Shown: in pieces, positions 19,961-30,077 of the stretch
How the letters are laid out: the number at the start of each line of letters is the position of its first letter
Position numbering within the stretch: the stretch's first letter is position 1
Translations under genes and position numbers: made by a program
Notes under the pieces: model-generated
Database searches by the model: none
What the model saw: only the letters and a program-made list of their open reading frames with translations
What the model was told of the DNA's origin: nothing
Origin: a virus
Taxonomy: Duplodnaviria; Caudoviricetes
DNA: 57,591 bases
Virus record (IMG/VR): IMGVR_UViG_3300042892_000963
Span: 1 to 57,591 of that record
Reading direction: 5' to 3' (one strand)

Positions 19961-21681
19961 TGCCTTTTAATACAAATATAATTCCAGGTCGTCCTCCTAT
20001 ATTGTGGAGTGAAGTTAACGATGCGTTTGTTAAAGTAAATGAAAATTTTGATATACTTGTAGCAACCATTGGCAATGGCAGTGGTCTAACTCCTATAGAC
20101 TTTACTTCGTTAGATACCAATGTAACTCCTACTACAGATAATTTACGCAGTCTTGGTGATACCACACACAGATGGCAATCAGTGTTTACTTCAGAGCACA
20201 CTACTTCTAATCCGTTAAATGGTTTATGGGCTGGTAATGCACAAGTTAAAGGTGTAGGATATACTGTTAATCTACCAGAAAATTCCACTGTTGGTGGAGA
20301 TCCGCTTACTGGCATTGGTACCAGTTTAATCATAGATCCCGACAAAACATTCTTTAAAGAAATACAGGTTAATAATGATCTGTCTGTGGTAGCAACAACA
20401 TTCGGCGACACTGTGAATTTCTTGCCAGGCGCAGGCGTTGGTCTTGCTGTGAGTTCAGGGGCTGACTCGATTACATTCTCAAACACAGGCATACTAAGTG
20501 TATCAGCTGGTACTGGTATTACAACTGCCACAGCAAGTGGAGTGGCCACAGTGACTAATGCCGGTGTTCGCAGTCTACAGAGTACAACTGCATTGCCCTC
20601 AGGCAGAACCACAGGTGCAGGTATTAACATTACTGGGTCAGTCGGCGACAATCTAAGAATTACCAACGCAGGCGTGATTAGTATTTCATCTGGTGTGGGT
20701 ATCACCGTATCCGCTGATGCTGCCACAGGCGATGTAACTATCACAAACTCAGCTCCTGCTGTTAATGCATTTACACAAATTCAAGTTGACGGTGACACCA
20801 TAAACAGATTACAAGCTGACGCTGTCAGTGACGTACTTAATATCAACGGTGGGCAGGGTATTACATTATCTAAGACTGTTGGAACAGATACGCTGACAAT
20901 TGCAGTTAATCCAGTGTTTGATTTGAAAGGTTCAGTGTTCGGAGATGATTCAACTAAAATCATTGACGCTGTAGAAAACAAAGTCTACGGTGGAATATTT
21001 GCAACAACTTTAAGAACAGAAGAAACTAAAATTGCTCTTGGTGCAAGTGCTGGCAGTATTACTCAAGGCAATAATGCCACCGCAGTTGGATGGCTGGCGG
21101 GTTACAACAATCAAGGCACAGCCGCTGTGGCATTTGGACGAGAGTCTGGAGAAATTAATCAAGGACAATATGCTGTTGCTGTTGGGCCAGGAGCTGGTTA
21201 TACCGGGCAAGGTGCGGATGCTATAGCCATTGGTTATAATGCTGGTGCAACTTCACAAGGCGCATCTGCAGTGGCAATTGGTTCTCTTGCTGGCCAAACC
21301 AGCCAGTCTGCGAATAGCATTGTTATTAATGCCAGCGGGGTTGCACTCAACGGCGCAGCAGCTGGATTCTATGTTAATCCTGTTAGATCAACTACAAGTT
21401 CAGCAAGGCCGGTTGTTTATGATACTACAACCAAAGAACTATTCTACACATCAACACTGGAATTTATCAACAGCACTATCAGCACCAGCGACTCCAGCGG
21501 ATTGACTGTGGATGTGCAAACAACATTCAACACCGACGTTACTGTTGAAAATGATTTAAATGTTACACAGCGATTGCGAGTACAAGGCAGTAGAGTTATT
21601 AATATAACAGAATTACAAGCTATATCAGCGGCAAGCACAAGTTTCAGTGACTTCCAGTCAAGAATAGCAGCATTGGTATAA
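19960..21681 (+). CDS. tail fibre/adhesin-like structural protein
   Basis: AFVKVNENF N-terminus, AGTGITT repeats and YadA-head-like AVAIG repeats. Confidence 0.75.
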   Translation: MPFNTNIIPGRPPILWSEVNDAFVKVNENFDILVATIGNGSGLTPIDFTSLDTNVTPTTDNLRSLGDTTHRWQSVFTSEHTTSNPLNGLWAGNAQVKGVGYTVNLPENSTVGGDPLTGIGTSLIIDPDKTFFKEIQVNNDLSVVATTFGDTVNFLPGAGVGLAVSSGADSITFSNTGILSVSAGTGITTATASGVATVTNAGVRSLQSTTALPSGRTTGAGINITGSVGDNLRITNAGVISISSGVGITVSADAATGDVTITNSAPAVNAFTQIQVDGDTINRLQADAVSDVLNINGGQGITLSKTVGTDTLTIAVNPVFDLKGSVFGDDSTKIIDAVENKVYGGIFATTLRTEETKIALGASAGSITQGNNATAVGWLAGYNNQGTAAVAFGRESGEINQGQYAVAVGPGAGYTGQGADAIAIGYNAGATSQGASAVAIGSLAGQTSQSANSIVINASGVALNGAAAGFYVNPVRSTTSSARPVVYDTTTKELFYTSTLEFINSTISTSDSSGLTVDVQTTFNTDVTVENDLNVTQRLRVQGSRVINITELQAISAASTSFSDFQSRIAALV

Positions 21682-21692
21682 CGGAGCGATAA

Positions 21693-23351
21693 ATGGCAAA
21701 ACAGAATATTAATGTAGGCACAACAGCTAACGATAAAAAAGGCGATAGCCTACGAGCTGCCTTCCAAAAAGTCAATGCCAACTTCACAGAACTCTACACT
21801 GAGCTGGGATTGGTTGTTGATGCAAACTTAAACCTAGGGGCATTTGAATTTGCGGGCAGCACATTAAGCACCACAGACAGTTCGGCAATCACTATTGATC
21901 AAGCTACTACTATTACCAGCGACCTAACTGTAGGTGGTGATATTGTTCCTTCAATAGCTAATGGCAGTAACTTAGGTAGTATTTCTAAACCTTGGCGTAG
22001 CCTGTATGTCAGCAACAACACTATCTACATTGGCGGCACAGCAGTAGGAGTAGATGCCAATGGTAATTTAACAGTCAATGGCAGTCAAATTGCAGGTGGC
22101 GGTGGCGGAAGCACATTGGTCAACGGTGCTAACACAGTAAGCCTTGGTTCAGATGGTGTGTTAACATTGCCTGGTGGTCGTACCCGTATTGGCGCATCAC
22201 TAGACTCAGATGCTATTATAGCCAACGAGGACGAAGCATTTGCTGTTGTAGCACAAGGAACAAATGGCGCAGTTCAAATAGTGTGGATAGAAGATCTAGA
22301 AAACGCTGAGACCAGCAACCTAGCGGCTGTATATGTAAATTCTGGAAATTTGGGAAGTGTTAGAATAGCAACAGGTGCCAATGGCGGCCCTGGACCCAAT
22401 TACTGGGAGTTTAACAACAGTGGTGCATTAACATTCCCCCAAGGCACCACGATTGCCACCGCTGACGGAACAGATGCATTTCTCATAGACGGTGCTGTTG
22501 ACAAAGATGTTCAAATATATACCTACAGTGGTGAGACTGCTCGCGGATGGACCTTTGGCACAGATGGTAGTTTAACATTCCCAGGTGATATCAAGAGCAA
22601 CGGTAATATCAACATTGACATCAACCTTGCAGACTCAACACTACGCAGATGGAGTTTTGGTGAAGATGGTGATTTAGTATTTCCAGATGGCACCAATCAA
22701 ACCACAGCCTGGACAGGTAGCACAACAGTATCAAGCCTAGTCAACGGTAGTAAAACAGTTAGCCTTGATAGCTCCCTTGGCAATTTGACATTCACCAACG
22801 GCGAACAAATTAGAACTAATGTTGGCGGAATACAACTATACCAATCAGATGACAACACTATTACAATCTTGCCCGGTGAGGTAAGGATTAAGGCGTATGG
22901 CGGTGGAGGCGGTGCAAAATACGAATGGGACTTTGACTCAACTGGCAGGACAACATTCCCTAACGGAACTGTGCCGGAACACAGCTATGGTGCTGCCGGA
23001 GATCTAGAAGGCATGGTGGTATTCACCGACCCTTACATTTATTACTGTAAAAGTGATTTTAGACCGTTGGTTACTTACACTGCGGCTGTTTCTCAAACCG
23101 GTGGAAGCACATTTGAAGTATATCAAACTGCGGGAACACCCTTAATCAACGATCATCTTTATGGATATGGGGTTGTCGGCGAAGGATTAATTACTAATGT
23201 TCAAGCAAGTACAGAAGGTGGGCAACCAACTTGGCTACTGACTGTTAATCAGATTGGAGGAACCAGCATTGGGTTAACAGCCAATCAGCCTTGTACTATT
23301 GGTACACCTGACATTTGGGTCCGTGTAGCGTGGACCGGTACTAACTGGTAA
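21693..23351 (+). CDS. tail fibre-like structural protein
   Basis: gp9/10-type N-terminus (NDKKGDSLRAAFQKVNANF); four WxFxxxGxxxFP modules. Confidence 0.75.
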   Translation: MAKQNINVGTTANDKKGDSLRAAFQKVNANFTELYTELGLVVDANLNLGAFEFAGSTLSTTDSSAITIDQATTITSDLTVGGDIVPSIANGSNLGSISKPWRSLYVSNNTIYIGGTAVGVDANGNLTVNGSQIAGGGGGSTLVNGANTVSLGSDGVLTLPGGRTRIGASLDSDAIIANEDEAFAVVAQGTNGAVQIVWIEDLENAETSNLAAVYVNSGNLGSVRIATGANGGPGPNYWEFNNSGALTFPQGTTIATADGTDAFLIDGAVDKDVQIYTYSGETARGWTFGTDGSLTFPGDIKSNGNINIDINLADSTLRRWSFGEDGDLVFPDGTNQTTAWTGSTTVSSLVNGSKTVSLDSSLGNLTFTNGEQIRTNVGGIQLYQSDDNTITILPGEVRIKAYGGGGGAKYEWDFDSTGRTTFPNGTVPEHSYGAAGDLEGMVVFTDPYIYYCKSDFRPLVTYTAAVSQTGGSTFEVYQTAGTPLINDHLYGYGVVGEGLITNVQASTEGGQPTWLLTVNQIGGTSIGLTANQPCTIGTPDIWVRVAWTGTNW

Positions 23352-23362
23352 GAGAGAATACA

Positions 23363-23541
23363 GTGACTATTAAAAAACTAGAACTCAACGACTTGCATCC
23401 TGCTAATCCATTAGTTGAAGTTATTAATACGGTCAATGAAAACTTTGAGAATCCTATGACATTTAAGAAATTAGAACTAAATGATTTACATCCTGCTAAT
23501 CCCCTAGTTGATGTTATTAATACTGTCAATGAAAACTTTGA
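23363..23541 (+). repeat. 93-nt tandem duplication of the gene's 5' end
   Basis: T(I/F)KKLELNDLHPANPLV(E/D)VINTVNENF occurs twice, starting at 23363 and 23456. Confidence 0.9.
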
Positions 23542-24442
23542 CACACTACACGAGTCTTTACAAAATACAGATAGCGATGTTGTAAGTAACGAAACTATAT
23601 TAAATTATTATGACACGCTGGGCATTAGTGATCGAACAACATTAACTGCTTCACTACGCACAACCGAGTTGGCGATTATAGCACGTGAAAAGGCCGCACT
23701 TAAAGCACGTAATCTAGCACTGGGATTACACACTGGATTGACTAGAGACGAATACAGCACCAGTGCTTGGCAGATTAAACAAGATTATCCAGACAGTGAA
23801 GATGGTGTGTACTGGATTCGCAATGATGACTTCAACAATGGCGACCCTGTACAAGTCTACTGTGACATGACTACACTGGGTGGTGGATGGACATTGATCG
23901 TACAAAATTCTATTAGTAGCTGGACAGAAGAACAAGTGTTTAGTCGCAACGCTACCACTTGCCCTACTCAACTGGCCGCATACAACAATCGTTCAGTTGA
24001 ACAAAACTACAGCATCTTAAGTTGGGCTAATAAGATTAAACGAGCAGACTCAGGATTTGATTTTATGATCACTGCTCGTGAACACGCTTCACTGGGTGGT
24101 GCGTGGACTGCCAACGAAGCATACTCATTTACTCAAACTAACGAAAGTGCTGACATGGGTGATGAACAGTTGGGCACACCCGGCTGGCGCAAGAACATTA
24201 CAGAATTAGCACGGTTTGGCAACAATGACACTGGTCAAACGTGGGATTATCATTACGATGCCATGGAAGCACGTATGCCTTGGGTCGGTATTGGCATCAA
24301 CCACGGTTGGTTAACCACAGACGGATTCCGCGGCGGTTGGTGGGGGACATTGATAGCGTGTAGCGGATGGGAACCAGCACCGTGGTTGGCCACAATCCAA
24401 GATGGTGGTAGCCCTGGCGTTATTTGGTATTGGGTAAGATAA
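23363..24442 (+). CDS. virion protein with a fibrinogen C-terminal-like domain
   Basis: SAWQIKQDYP...DGVYWI...VYCDMTTLGGGWTLI. Confidence 0.75.
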   Translation: MTIKKLELNDLHPANPLVEVINTVNENFENPMTFKKLELNDLHPANPLVDVINTVNENFDTLHESLQNTDSDVVSNETILNYYDTLGISDRTTLTASLRTTELAIIAREKAALKARNLALGLHTGLTRDEYSTSAWQIKQDYPDSEDGVYWIRNDDFNNGDPVQVYCDMTTLGGGWTLIVQNSISSWTEEQVFSRNATTCPTQLAAYNNRSVEQNYSILSWANKIKRADSGFDFMITAREHASLGGAWTANEAYSFTQTNESADMGDEQLGTPGWRKNITELARFGNNDTGQTWDYHYDAMEARMPWVGIGINHGWLTTDGFRGGWWGTLIACSGWEPAPWLATIQDGGSPGVIWYWVR

Positions 24443-24474
24443 TTTAACGGTAAATATACTAAAGAGAGCGCATC

Positions 24475-25050
24475 ATGAGCATACAAACAATTAATATCGG
24501 AAATGTAGTAAACGACGGCCTAGGCGATGATCTACGCACCGCGTTCCAAAAGGTAAATGCTAATTTTAGTGATCTCAGCACTCAGCTAACGATCACTGCC
24601 ACTAACGTCGGCGCAACAGGTGTGGGTGTTTTCAAAGAAAAAGTAGGCGCTGATTTAAAATTTAAAAAATTAGTGTCTGGCACAAAGATGCTGTTAAATG
24701 AAAACACCGACACTATCACTGTTAACAACACTGCTCCAGATGCTTTTATCAGAATAGACACAGATGCCGGGGTCATGCTGGCCAGTACATATCAACAGAT
24801 CACCATGGCAGGAGTAGCTGCTCCGGGGTCAACAACCAGTAGAAAAGACATCGAAGTCACTGCATTTGGATCTACTATAAGTTTTAAAACTATCGTTCCA
24901 GTTACAGACATACTAACTTCCTATGATTTCGGAACTATCACTGGTTCATACACCAATGCCATGCAGGTAGCTCTACAATCTGCAAACATAGACTTTGGCA
25001 CTGTTCTACTGCCTGGACGAATAGATATAGACTGTGGCACAATTGTTTAA
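24475..25050 (+). CDS. baseplate/fibre-type structural protein
   Basis: INIGNVVNDGLGDDLRTAFQKVNANF gp9/10-type N-terminus; TAAATA upstream. Confidence 0.75.
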   Translation: MSIQTINIGNVVNDGLGDDLRTAFQKVNANFSDLSTQLTITATNVGATGVGVFKEKVGADLKFKKLVSGTKMLLNENTDTITVNNTAPDAFIRIDTDAGVMLASTYQQITMAGVAAPGSTTSRKDIEVTAFGSTISFKTIVPVTDILTSYDFGTITGSYTNAMQVALQSANIDFGTVLLPGRIDIDCGTIV

Positions 25051-25061
25051 GGATTGATCGC

Positions 25062-27539
25062 ATGATAACGTGGATCACCCCCGCAGGCAGCTTAGGTTTA
25101 CTTACAGAACGAATATCCATCGATATATCGCTACAGGCCACAACCAATCTCACAGCCACTATCACTTACAGTGTTATCGCAGGCTCATTGCCTCGAGGAC
25201 TTAAACTGATCAACGGTGCGATCAAAGGTTCGCCTACTGAGGTCAAAGTTTACACAGAAAGTAGATTTGTGATTCGTGCCTCCGATGGTGTGGATCTCGA
25301 AGATCGAACTTTCAACCTCGCAGTAGATGGCAGCGACAGACCTATATGGCTTACCCAAGAAGGATTTCTAAATGTTGGGCCAGCAGAAGCGTATTTTGTT
25401 TTAGATAACGCACAGGTAAACTTTCAACTGCAAGCACGTGACACAGATCTCATAGCCGGTGATGTCTTAGAATTTTATCTCATGCCCAATGGCGGGCTAC
25501 TGCCTCCAGGGCTTAGCCTCAGCAAGAGTGGGGTGATATCTGGCTTCACTGATCCTATTTTTGCTGTGGAATACAGTTTAGAAACTTCAGGAGGATATGA
25601 TACTGCTCCGTTAGACGTATTCCCCATAGACTTTGTAGAAGCTCGCAGTAATGGTTACGACACATTTGTGTTTGATAGTTTTACATTTGATTATAACGAA
25701 CCCAGTAGAACTCCAAGGCGACTTAGCAGGATCTACAATTTCATAGTGGCTGTCACTGATGGAGTGTATACAGAAACCAGACTGTTTAAGATATATGTGG
25801 TTACTGAAGAATTCTTGCAGGCAGACAACTCAATCGTACAGGTCGACACCAACATATTCCAAGCAGATTCTAGCAGCGCCCGTGTACCAATTTGGATCAC
25901 TGGCAGCGAGCTAGGCCGCTTCCGTGCCAACAACTATGTGACTATATTCCTAGATGTGTACGATCCACCGACTCTAAGCGGTACTATTACATATTTTTTA
26001 CTGCCTACTAATCCAGATGGTTCACAGAGCGCACTGCCTCCGGGCATGGCGTTGGATACATCTACAGGTGATATTGCTGGATCTGTGCCGTACCAAGCAA
26101 GAATTTCAAGAGATTATAAATTCACAATACGTGCAGTTAATTACCCAGCAGCACTGGCCTATATATCATATGTGTACAAAGGCTCATGGAATAACTTTAC
26201 CAATTATAAAATCAATGATGCTATAGAATTCTTAGGCATTACATACATCTGTGTGCAGGCACATCTCAACAGACTGCCCACAGATGAAACCTATTGGCGA
26301 GCAGGTACATCAAAAACAGAAAAAACATTCACTGTTACTGTAATTGGTGAAATCGAAAGTGCAGTTGAATGGATCACAGACAGTGACCTGGGCACTATCA
26401 AACCCAACACTGCCAGTGAAAAATACATTCAAGCAACCAGTCTGTTGTATGGCGGAAGAATAGCTTATGAATTTGTATCAGGTACACTACCGCCGGGCTT
26501 GACATTTTTGCCTACTGGAATACTTCAAGGCAAGGTCAAACAGTTTGCAGACGATGCTGGCCCCGGCCTAACTAGATTTTTTGAACGATCAGATAGCCTT
26601 GCACCTGCAGAAGACAGTTCCACATTGAGTAGAGATTTTTCTGCAATATTTGACGGTGCTGCTACTACTTTTGATCTTAAATTCACATTCACTATACGAG
26701 CAAGAGACAGTGTGAATTTTGTCACTGTTAATCGCACGTTCAATCTTGCAGTGCGTGTTGAGAACAATCAAACTTTTGCCAACCTCTATGTCAGAGCCTT
26801 CCAATCTAAATCTAAAAGATTAGCATGGTATAATTTTATTACCGATGCGACTATCTTTAAACCTGCTGATCTGTATCGGTATGGTGACTCAAATTTCGGA
26901 GTACAAACAGATCTCCGAGTGTTAATATACGCAGGTATAGAAAGTGTCGCTGCTGTGAAATATGTACAGGCTATGAGCCGTAATCATTATCACAAGCGTT
27001 TAAAATTTGGCAATGTTAAAGTAAGTGAAGCCAAAGATCCTGTAACCCAGGAAGTGGTGTACGAAATTGTGTACATTGATGTCATTGATGATTTAGAAAA
27101 AGATGGTCGCAGCATCAGCCAAACTGTGAATTTGCCCAATAATATCAACAGCAAGGTATTGATCAGCTATGACAGTATCAGAGTAGACAGTGATATTCCA
27201 TTTGTCAGCGACAGTGATCATCAAAGAGTATTCCCTAATTCAATCAAGAACATGCGTAAGCAGATACAAGCAGTAGGAGATCGTGATCGAGAGTTTCTAC
27301 CGCTATGGATGCGCAGCACTCAGACAGAAGCAGCTTTTGAAACCGGATACACAAAGGCGTTGCCGTTGTGCTATTGTATTCCAGGTGCTGCTAAAAATAT
27401 TGCTGCGAGAATTAAAGCCAGCGGATTTGACTTCAAAACCATTGACTTTTTAGCAGATCGTTATATAATAGATATTATAGACGGAGAAATAGAGGATAAA
27501 TACCTTGCATTTCCGCAACGTGGAGAAAAACTACCGTGA
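25062..27539 (+). CDS. baseplate wedge-like protein with Ig-like (He_PIG) repeats
   Basis: Repeated GSLPRGL / GLLPPGL / LPPGM / GTLPPGL motifs followed by F.IRA.D strands. Confidence 0.7.
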   Translation: MITWITPAGSLGLLTERISIDISLQATTNLTATITYSVIAGSLPRGLKLINGAIKGSPTEVKVYTESRFVIRASDGVDLEDRTFNLAVDGSDRPIWLTQEGFLNVGPAEAYFVLDNAQVNFQLQARDTDLIAGDVLEFYLMPNGGLLPPGLSLSKSGVISGFTDPIFAVEYSLETSGGYDTAPLDVFPIDFVEARSNGYDTFVFDSFTFDYNEPSRTPRRLSRIYNFIVAVTDGVYTETRLFKIYVVTEEFLQADNSIVQVDTNIFQADSSSARVPIWITGSELGRFRANNYVTIFLDVYDPPTLSGTITYFLLPTNPDGSQSALPPGMALDTSTGDIAGSVPYQARISRDYKFTIRAVNYPAALAYISYVYKGSWNNFTNYKINDAIEFLGITYICVQAHLNRLPTDETYWRAGTSKTEKTFTVTVIGEIESAVEWITDSDLGTIKPNTASEKYIQATSLLYGGRIAYEFVSGTLPPGLTFLPTGILQGKVKQFADDAGPGLTRFFERSDSLAPAEDSSTLSRDFSAIFDGAATTFDLKFTFTIRARDSVNFVTVNRTFNLAVRVENNQTFANLYVRAFQSKSKRLAWYNFITDATIFKPADLYRYGDSNFGVQTDLRVLIYAGIESVAAVKYVQAMSRNHYHKRLKFGNVKVSEAKDPVTQEVVYEIVYIDVIDDLEKDGRSISQTVNLPNNINSKVLISYDSIRVDSDIPFVSDSDHQRVFPNSIKNMRKQIQAVGDRDREFLPLWMRSTQTEAAFETGYTKALPLCYCIPGAAKNIAARIKASGFDFKTIDFLADRYIIDIIDGEIEDKYLAFPQRGEKLP

Positions 27540-28117
27540 CAAGCCTTATTAATTTTGCAGCAATAAACGAAAACTTTCCTGTAGCAGGACAGGACAACGA
27601 CACACAGGTGTTTAGAGATAACTTCGGTACTATCAAAGATAACTTTGAAACTGCCAAAACTGAAATCACTGACCTGCAGGACAACGCAGCCCGCACAGAT
27701 GAAGACAATGATTTCTTATATAATGTAGTAGGGTCTCTTACTTTACAAGATGCTTATCTACGTAAAAAAGATTACGGGTCTGCTATTGTTGCAGGCACTC
27801 AGGATATCAGCTTCAAACAGGCTATGTATCATGTAGTGAAGGTCGGAGCAAACACCAGTTTGTCATTCACAGAATTTCCTACCGGAGCGGTAGATCTTAC
27901 AGGCCTTGGACAGATTGGCAAAGCCACACTAGAACTGTACGGAGATGGGTCTGCTAGAACCATAACATTCACAACCACAGGCGGTACCGTGATTAAAAAG
28001 TCTCCAGGATTCCCAGGGTCAGTAACAGTTACATCTGATACAAACCCAGTGATCATCGAAGTTTGGCAACACAGTGCTACTGTAATTTGGATGAATTATT
28101 TAGGATTATACAGCTAA
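27536..28117 (+). CDS. putative structural protein
   Basis: FPVAGQDNDTQVFRDNF N-terminus; GTGA-coupled within the tail block. Confidence 0.65.
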   Translation: MTSLINFAAINENFPVAGQDNDTQVFRDNFGTIKDNFETAKTEITDLQDNAARTDEDNDFLYNVVGSLTLQDAYLRKKDYGSAIVAGTQDISFKQAMYHVVKVGANTSLSFTEFPTGAVDLTGLGQIGKATLELYGDGSARTITFTTTGGTVIKKSPGFPGSVTVTSDTNPVIIEVWQHSATVIWMNYLGLYS

Positions 28118-28347
28118 TGTTCCATCCCCTGAGCGGCGATCTGTCAGAGTATAAAGATCAAGATATTGAAAATCGCCTCATCGAATTGAATAAGAAATAT
28201 TATGCTGCCGCAAGAATGGGCAGTAGAGATCTCTTGACACAGCTATCTACTTTTGTTACAATATATAGAGAAGAACTCGCAAAGAGACATGCTCAAAAAT
28301 TGAAACAGGCAGATGGTGATTTAGGTCAATTGATTAATGTGGACTAA
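28117..28347 (+). CDS. hypothetical protein
   Basis: TAATG-coupled start MFHPLSGD. Confidence 0.7.
   Translation: MFHPLSGDLSEYKDQDIENRLIELNKKYYAAARMGSRDLLTQLSTFVTIYREELAKRHAQKLKQADGDLGQLINVD
28234..28262 (+). promoter_or_regulatory. intragenic sigma70-type promoter
   Basis: TTGACA(28234-28239)-17 bp-TACAAT(28257-28262) with TG extension, at the boundary between structural and non-structural genes. Confidence 0.7.
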
Positions 28348-28798
28348 TACAACTCAACAACTTATCCAAGGTGTAATGCAGCATGGTCCAGACATACTGG
28401 AACATTGTCAGACCTCTGATGATCTTTCACAGTATGTGAACAGATTGCATCAAGAGCATTTAAACTATCCAATTCCTCCCAATGGCGTAGACTGCACTGA
28501 ATGGTTCATTCCCAAAGAATATCAATGCATGGACATAGAAGAATTTTTAGTAAGTCAGTGTCCAAAACAGAATTATGATAGATTAATACAAGAACTTGAT
28601 CTATATAGGAAACACGATCTGCTGCCTGTACTGAGAGCAATGAAATATATGGTAGATACATTAAGAAACAACCGGATAGTATGGGGAGTAGGTAGAGGCA
28701 GTTCTGTAGCCAGTTATGTGCTATTCATAATTGGCGTACATAAAATAGACAGTGTTAAATACAAGCTACCGATTAACGAATTCTTTAAAGGAGAATAA
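28337..28798 (+). CDS. stand-alone fragment of DNA polymerase III alpha (DnaE-like)
   Basis: WGVGRGSSVASYVLFIIGVHKIDSVKYKL matches the DnaE GxGRGS...GIT.IDP.KY.L segment; only 153 aa. Confidence 0.75.
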   Translation: MWTNTTQQLIQGVMQHGPDILEHCQTSDDLSQYVNRLHQEHLNYPIPPNGVDCTEWFIPKEYQCMDIEEFLVSQCPKQNYDRLIQELDLYRKHDLLPVLRAMKYMVDTLRNNRIVWGVGRGSSVASYVLFIIGVHKIDSVKYKLPINEFFKGE

Positions 28799-28799
28799 A

Positions 28800-29030
28800 A
28801 TGGGAAGAACTTATACCTCTATGAGAGGCAAAGAAATTGACATGGAAAAGATGAGCTTGAGATTTGAAAAAACTCCAGCTGTAGGTAATATGAAAGTCAA
28901 CGCTCGCGGTGACGAAATCGGCGAGGGCGGCAGAGTAGTACGCACACGCGAACAAGTGTTAGCAGATTACTATGCACAGAATCCCAATGCCTTACATGAA
29001 GAAGTAGCTGCTCGCAGCAACAAGAAATAA
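28800..29030 (+). CDS. hypothetical protein
   Basis: AAGGAG RBS; start MGRTYTSMRGK. Confidence 0.75.
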   Translation: MGRTYTSMRGKEIDMEKMSLRFEKTPAVGNMKVNARGDEIGEGGRVVRTREQVLADYYAQNPNALHEEVAARSNKK

Positions 29031-29037
29031 GGTAACT

Positions 29038-29457
29038 ATGTTTAATTTCGAAGCACGACACATGAAAGTTCGTCCTTTGTCAAAGGACCTTCTTGTCATT
29101 GGAATGGACATGGGCGAAATGAAAACCGCGGGTGGCATTGTTATCCAAAGCGATGACGGTAAGGCACACGGTGTTAAACCTCGATGGGCACAGGTCTATA
29201 AGGTTGGAACTGAATGCGAGATCAATGTTAAACCGGGTCAGTGGATTTTAATTGAACACGGTCGCTGGACTCGTAAGATCAAAATCAACGACGGTGACGG
29301 CGAGAAAGAATTTCAAAAAGTTGAAATAAAGGCTGTTATAGCAATTGCCGACGAAAGACCTAATGACTTCTATATTGGGCAAGAGTTTTCAAACGGATCA
29401 AGTATGAATATTAATCCTGAAGACTTTATGCCGGGTAACATGTCTAAGATCAGCTAA
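29038..29457 (+). CDS. GroES-like co-chaperonin
   Basis: VRPLSKDLLV, KTAGGIVI, VYKVG and VKPGQWIL match the Cpn10 pattern. Confidence 0.75.
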   Translation: MFNFEARHMKVRPLSKDLLVIGMDMGEMKTAGGIVIQSDDGKAHGVKPRWAQVYKVGTECEINVKPGQWILIEHGRWTRKIKINDGDGEKEFQKVEIKAVIAIADERPNDFYIGQEFSNGSSMNINPEDFMPGNMSKIS

Positions 29458-29696
29458 TGGGTTTTAAGAAAAACTGGGAAGTGGGTGATATCACTTCCCA
29501 GGTACACAGTCTTGCCAGAGAAATCTCTAGTCCGTACAACGACGGTTTCACACAATGGAATTGCAAGCAAGACCTCTATCAGATCAAACAACTTGTAGAT
29601 CAAGCACTGTCTAAGTCTCCACATTTCGGAGAATTGGAACAGCAGTGGTTGACAGAACAAGAAAAAAAGCACATAATTAAGATACTAAAATCTTAA
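29457..29696 (+). CDS. hypothetical protein
   Basis: TAATG-coupled ORF. Confidence 0.7.
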   Translation: MGFKKNWEVGDITSQVHSLAREISSPYNDGFTQWNCKQDLYQIKQLVDQALSKSPHFGELEQQWLTEQEKKHIIKILKS

Positions 29697-29705
29697 GAGG
29701 TGTGT

Positions 29706-30077
29706 ATGACTAATCCGTTTCGGGATCAAGAAAAATTTATGCGGGCCTGCGATCAAGCAGTAGACTCCGCAAACACAGATCAATTCAACATGTATCTTGG
29801 ATTGATTGAAGAAGAAGCCGAAGAACTCAATCAAGCTATCATCAACAAGGATCGTGTAGAAATTCTAGATGCGCTCGTTGACATGCTGGTTGTGACCATA
29901 GGTGCTATTCACTCAGCCGGATTTGATGCTGAAGGTGCATGGAAAGAAGTTATGAATACAAACTTTGCCAAGATTGATAAAAAGACCGGTAAAGTAATCA
30001 AACGTGAAGATGGCAAAGTGCTCAAGCCTGACGGGTGGACTCCGCCTAATTTAAAACCGTTTTTGAGTAGAAAATGA
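29706..30077 (+). CDS. MazG-like/PRA-PH nucleotide pyrophosphohydrolase
   Basis: LIEEEAEEL, EILDALVD, EVMNTNFAK and REDGKVLKP. Confidence 0.85.
   Translation: MTNPFRDQEKFMRACDQAVDSANTDQFNMYLGLIEEEAEELNQAIINKDRVEILDALVDMLVVTIGAIHSAGFDAEGAWKEVMNTNFAKIDKKTGKVIKREDGKVLKPDGWTPPNLKPFLSRK

Noticed and set aside
21693-24442. Diversity-generating retroelement target in the fibre genes
   Set aside because: No reverse transcriptase is present, and I saw no template/variable repeat pair differing only at adenines; the 93-nt duplication differs at synonymous sites of all bases.
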